In this document: one piece after another, positions 61,893 through 64,000 of the stretch | Layout of the letters: the number at the start of each line of letters is the position of its first letter | Position numbering within the stretch: position 1 is the first letter of the stretch | Assembly: GCA_963755915.1 (NCBI GenBank) | Contig: CAVWLP010000002.1 | Location: 2,144,001-2,208,000 of the forward strand | From: an uncultured Phycisphaerales bacterium | GTDB lineage: Bacteria; Planctomycetota; Phycisphaerae; Tepidisphaerales; Tepidisphaeraceae | Length of the DNA: 64,000 nucleotides | Direction of reading: 5' to 3' | Notes under the pieces: generated by a model | What the model was told of the DNA's origin: nothing | Databases searched by the model: none | What the model saw: only the letters and a program-made list of their open reading frames with translations | Made by a program: the position numbers and the translations under genes

Positions 61893-62909
61893 ATGTCCGA
61901 TGAGCTGCTGTGCCACGGCTGCGGATATGACCTGCGCGCCCATCCAGAGGATGGGGTCTGCCCGGAGTGCGGGGCATCGGTTGCCGAGGCACGGCAATGG
62001 GCGGCGATTCCGCGTCGCCCGGCCTGGAAAGAGAGCGACCCGCGTTGGCGTCGGCGGATGCTTGCCGGCGTTTGGGTGCTGGCTCTGATACCACTGGTCG
62101 ATGTGCTGGAGAAGTTCGGATGGGCCTCGCTGGTGCCCGTGCCGAGTTTCTTTAATGATGGCCCGGCCACCTTGAACGAGACGTTTTTGTGCGCCGTGAA
62201 TGTGTATCCGCCGATCCTCTTCTGTATCGGGACGGTTTTGCTCTTCTCCAAAGAGCGGGGACGGCGTCCGAGCCGATTGGATTGGACCCGTCGCTGGGGG
62301 ATCATCTGCTGTTACGTCGTGGCGCTGCTCACCACCGCGCTGAAGCTCTTTCTGCCGGCGCTGGTAATGGCGGGTATATCAGCCCTCTTCATGGACATGC
62401 CGCCGAAAAACCAGCCGAGGGTGACGCAATTGTTTGTTGAGCTGAGTTGGAGATACCTTCGCTACGGACCGTATCCAAAGACGATCAATTACTGCGTACT
62501 GGATGCGTTCTCGTCGATGACGATTCTGCTGGCGTGCATGCCGCTTTGGGAGGCGCTTTGCAGCAGCGGCCTGAAACGGGTTGCGAGAATCCTGCTTGTG
62601 CCGCTGGTCCTGTTGGCACTGATGAACGTCGCGGAGGCTGGTTTGGTTGCGATTGGGTTTTCACCGTTGTTGGGGGCGGACCCGTTCTACCGGCTTGGGC
62701 CATATTTCAGGCCGGCGATCCTCGTGTGGAACACGACCGGGTATCCGTTGGGAATTATTCCACAACCCGGACTGGGCCTGTTTGTCGTCGAAGTTGCGAA
62801 GTGGAGTATTATTTTTGCGATCGCCGTGTGGCTGAGCGTTGCGCAACTGGTGGCGCGGCGCAACAAGGTCAACTCGGCTATTCTCAAACGGTCGGGTGCT
62901 GCGGCATAG
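61893..62909 (+). CDS. Zn-ribbon multi-pass membrane protein, copy 2
   Basis: CHGCGYDLRAHPEDGVCPECG; collinear with copy 1. Confidence 0.78.
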   Translation: MSDELLCHGCGYDLRAHPEDGVCPECGASVAEARQWAAIPRRPAWKESDPRWRRRMLAGVWVLALIPLVDVLEKFGWASLVPVPSFFNDGPATLNETFLCAVNVYPPILFCIGTVLLFSKERGRRPSRLDWTRRWGIICCYVVALLTTALKLFLPALVMAGISALFMDMPPKNQPRVTQLFVELSWRYLRYGPYPKTINYCVLDAFSSMTILLACMPLWEALCSSGLKRVARILLVPLVLLALMNVAEAGLVAIGFSPLLGADPFYRLGPYFRPAILVWNTTGYPLGIIPQPGLGLFVVEVAKWSIIFAIAVWLSVAQLVARRNKVNSAILKRSGAAA

Positions 62910-63248
62910 AGGCGGACGATCAGGAACAGGCGACTTATCTGGCATCGCCCATGCCCATTGGCGACAACCTACATCCAGCGGTATAACACCAGCGTCCGGA
63001 AGCGGAAACGATAAAGTTGATCCGATTTCCGTCCGAATAAATCCCGGCCGAGTACCCAAGCGGGGTACGGGGAATCTCAAAAAACCTCGGAAAAACGGGG
63101 TGTCCCTGAATCTGCGGACCACCAGTTGGACCACGCCACGGGGAAAGGCAATGAACTGCAAGCGGTGATTGAGTTATGGGACAAGCTCCCGCAAGCCGCA
63201 CGGCAAGCAATTCTGGCAACGATCCGAGCGGCGAAGGGGAAATGAGCC

Positions 63249-63704
63249 GTGGGGTATACCGGACGCGAACGTGGCTCACTGACAGGCCAAGAGCTTGAGG
63301 TTAAAGAGGCCCTGCACTTCTATTACCCGGACATCAACTCCGATTCCCGAATCTGGACTCCACTGACCGTGCTGTATGCCGCATACCTACGGCATTGGCA
63401 AGCCTGCAAGAAACGCGGATGGCGACGTGAGTCGATGAATGGCGTGCTGCTGTCCCCGCCAGTTGATCCGAAGCCGTTACGGTTGAATCAATTTGGCCGG
63501 GTGATCCGCAGAGTGTTCCCGAATGCGAGCAAGGTCCGGCGAGTTGTGCGAGAGGCGGTCCGCACCCTGATTGCTGACGATCCACAACGGGTAACGCTTC
63601 GCACCCGATGGCGTGTCCGATGGGGTTACACACTGGCCGGGCCGATGGCACTCCATTCCCACACACCACGCGGCGGGAAACGGAAGAACACCACGCCCAT
63701 TTGA
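63249..63704 (+). CDS. Hypothetical protein, possibly mobile-element associated
   Basis: 151-aa basic ORF; LYAAYLRHW...NQFGRVIRRVFP loosely resembles a primase-type winged helix. Confidence 0.4.
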   Translation: MGYTGRERGSLTGQELEVKEALHFYYPDINSDSRIWTPLTVLYAAYLRHWQACKKRGWRRESMNGVLLSPPVDPKPLRLNQFGRVIRRVFPNASKVRRVVREAVRTLIADDPQRVTLRTRWRVRWGYTLAGPMALHSHTPRGGKRKNTTPI

Positions 63705-64000
63705 TACGCGGATGAACCGCCCTCTCACGATGCTGTACTGATCCGTTGCGTTGAGTGAATGATTGATGCTGCGATGATGCACACAGTTGAGACGGGGGGT
63801 GATACCTTTTGATCGTCAAATGGGTCCCATCCACTACCTTCTATAGCCATCAGTCGCGTATATAAAATTTAGCCTTGACGATCTTGCGAATTCGATATTC
63901 AGTTTGAATTTGATGGTTGAGCGGCATCGGATGCTGACGGCATATCAGCGAACGGAGATCGAGCGGCATTCGTATTCTTGTGGGCTTGATCGTCAAGATC

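Noticed and set aside
63038-63058. aaatcccggccgagtaccca as a tRNA 3' att fragment
   Set aside because: No GTTC T-loop, arm lengths do not fit well, and there is no partner tRNA in the window
63898-63910. ttcagtttgaatt matching part of the IS1-like IR
   Set aside because: Only 13 nt and lacks the terminal GGTACTGG; chance cannot be excluded

Overview
64 kb of high-GC bacterial DNA, probably Planctomycetota (Phycisphaerae/Tepidisphaerales-like). This is inferred from three PEP-CTERM proteins with dockerin-like tails and a prepilin/H-X9-DG protein. (1) 1-17.8 kb is a decaying accessory region: phosphoketolase, a broken H+-ATPase, remnants of ppk2, mscL and a PAP2 phosphatase, and a DyP. It also holds a PEP-CTERM gene split by a 2443-bp IS1-like element (20-bp IRs, 8-bp TSD) carrying a toxin-antitoxin pair, an IS630 and a 3' tRNA-Asp fragment (att-like). 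(2) 17.8-50 kb is core-like: large PEP-CTERM proteins, cbs/cgl, GH13, tRNA-Arg, a REP-studded patch of TA remnants, adk, a macrodomain, a DUF692 (MNIO) bufferin-like RiPP cluster, bamA-skp-lpxD, a two-component pair, a debranching enzyme and vapBC. (3) At 50.5-52.0 kb an IS110/IS1111-type recombinase element sits inside a palindromic repeat. Its 3' non-coding region has a stem/internal-loop/hairpin whose two loop strands match both halves of the reconstructed target, i.e. a readable bridge/seek RNA. This is the top finding. (4) 52-64 kb holds a second tRNA-Arg, an FGGY kinase with an in-frame REP, typA, a PuuD-like hydrolase, rtcB and tandem Zn-ribbon membrane paralogs. Strand G/C skew flips near 50-52 kb. 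Frameshifts in bamA and typA suggest assembly indel errors, so pseudogene calls need caution. All family calls come from motif recognition; no database searches were run.
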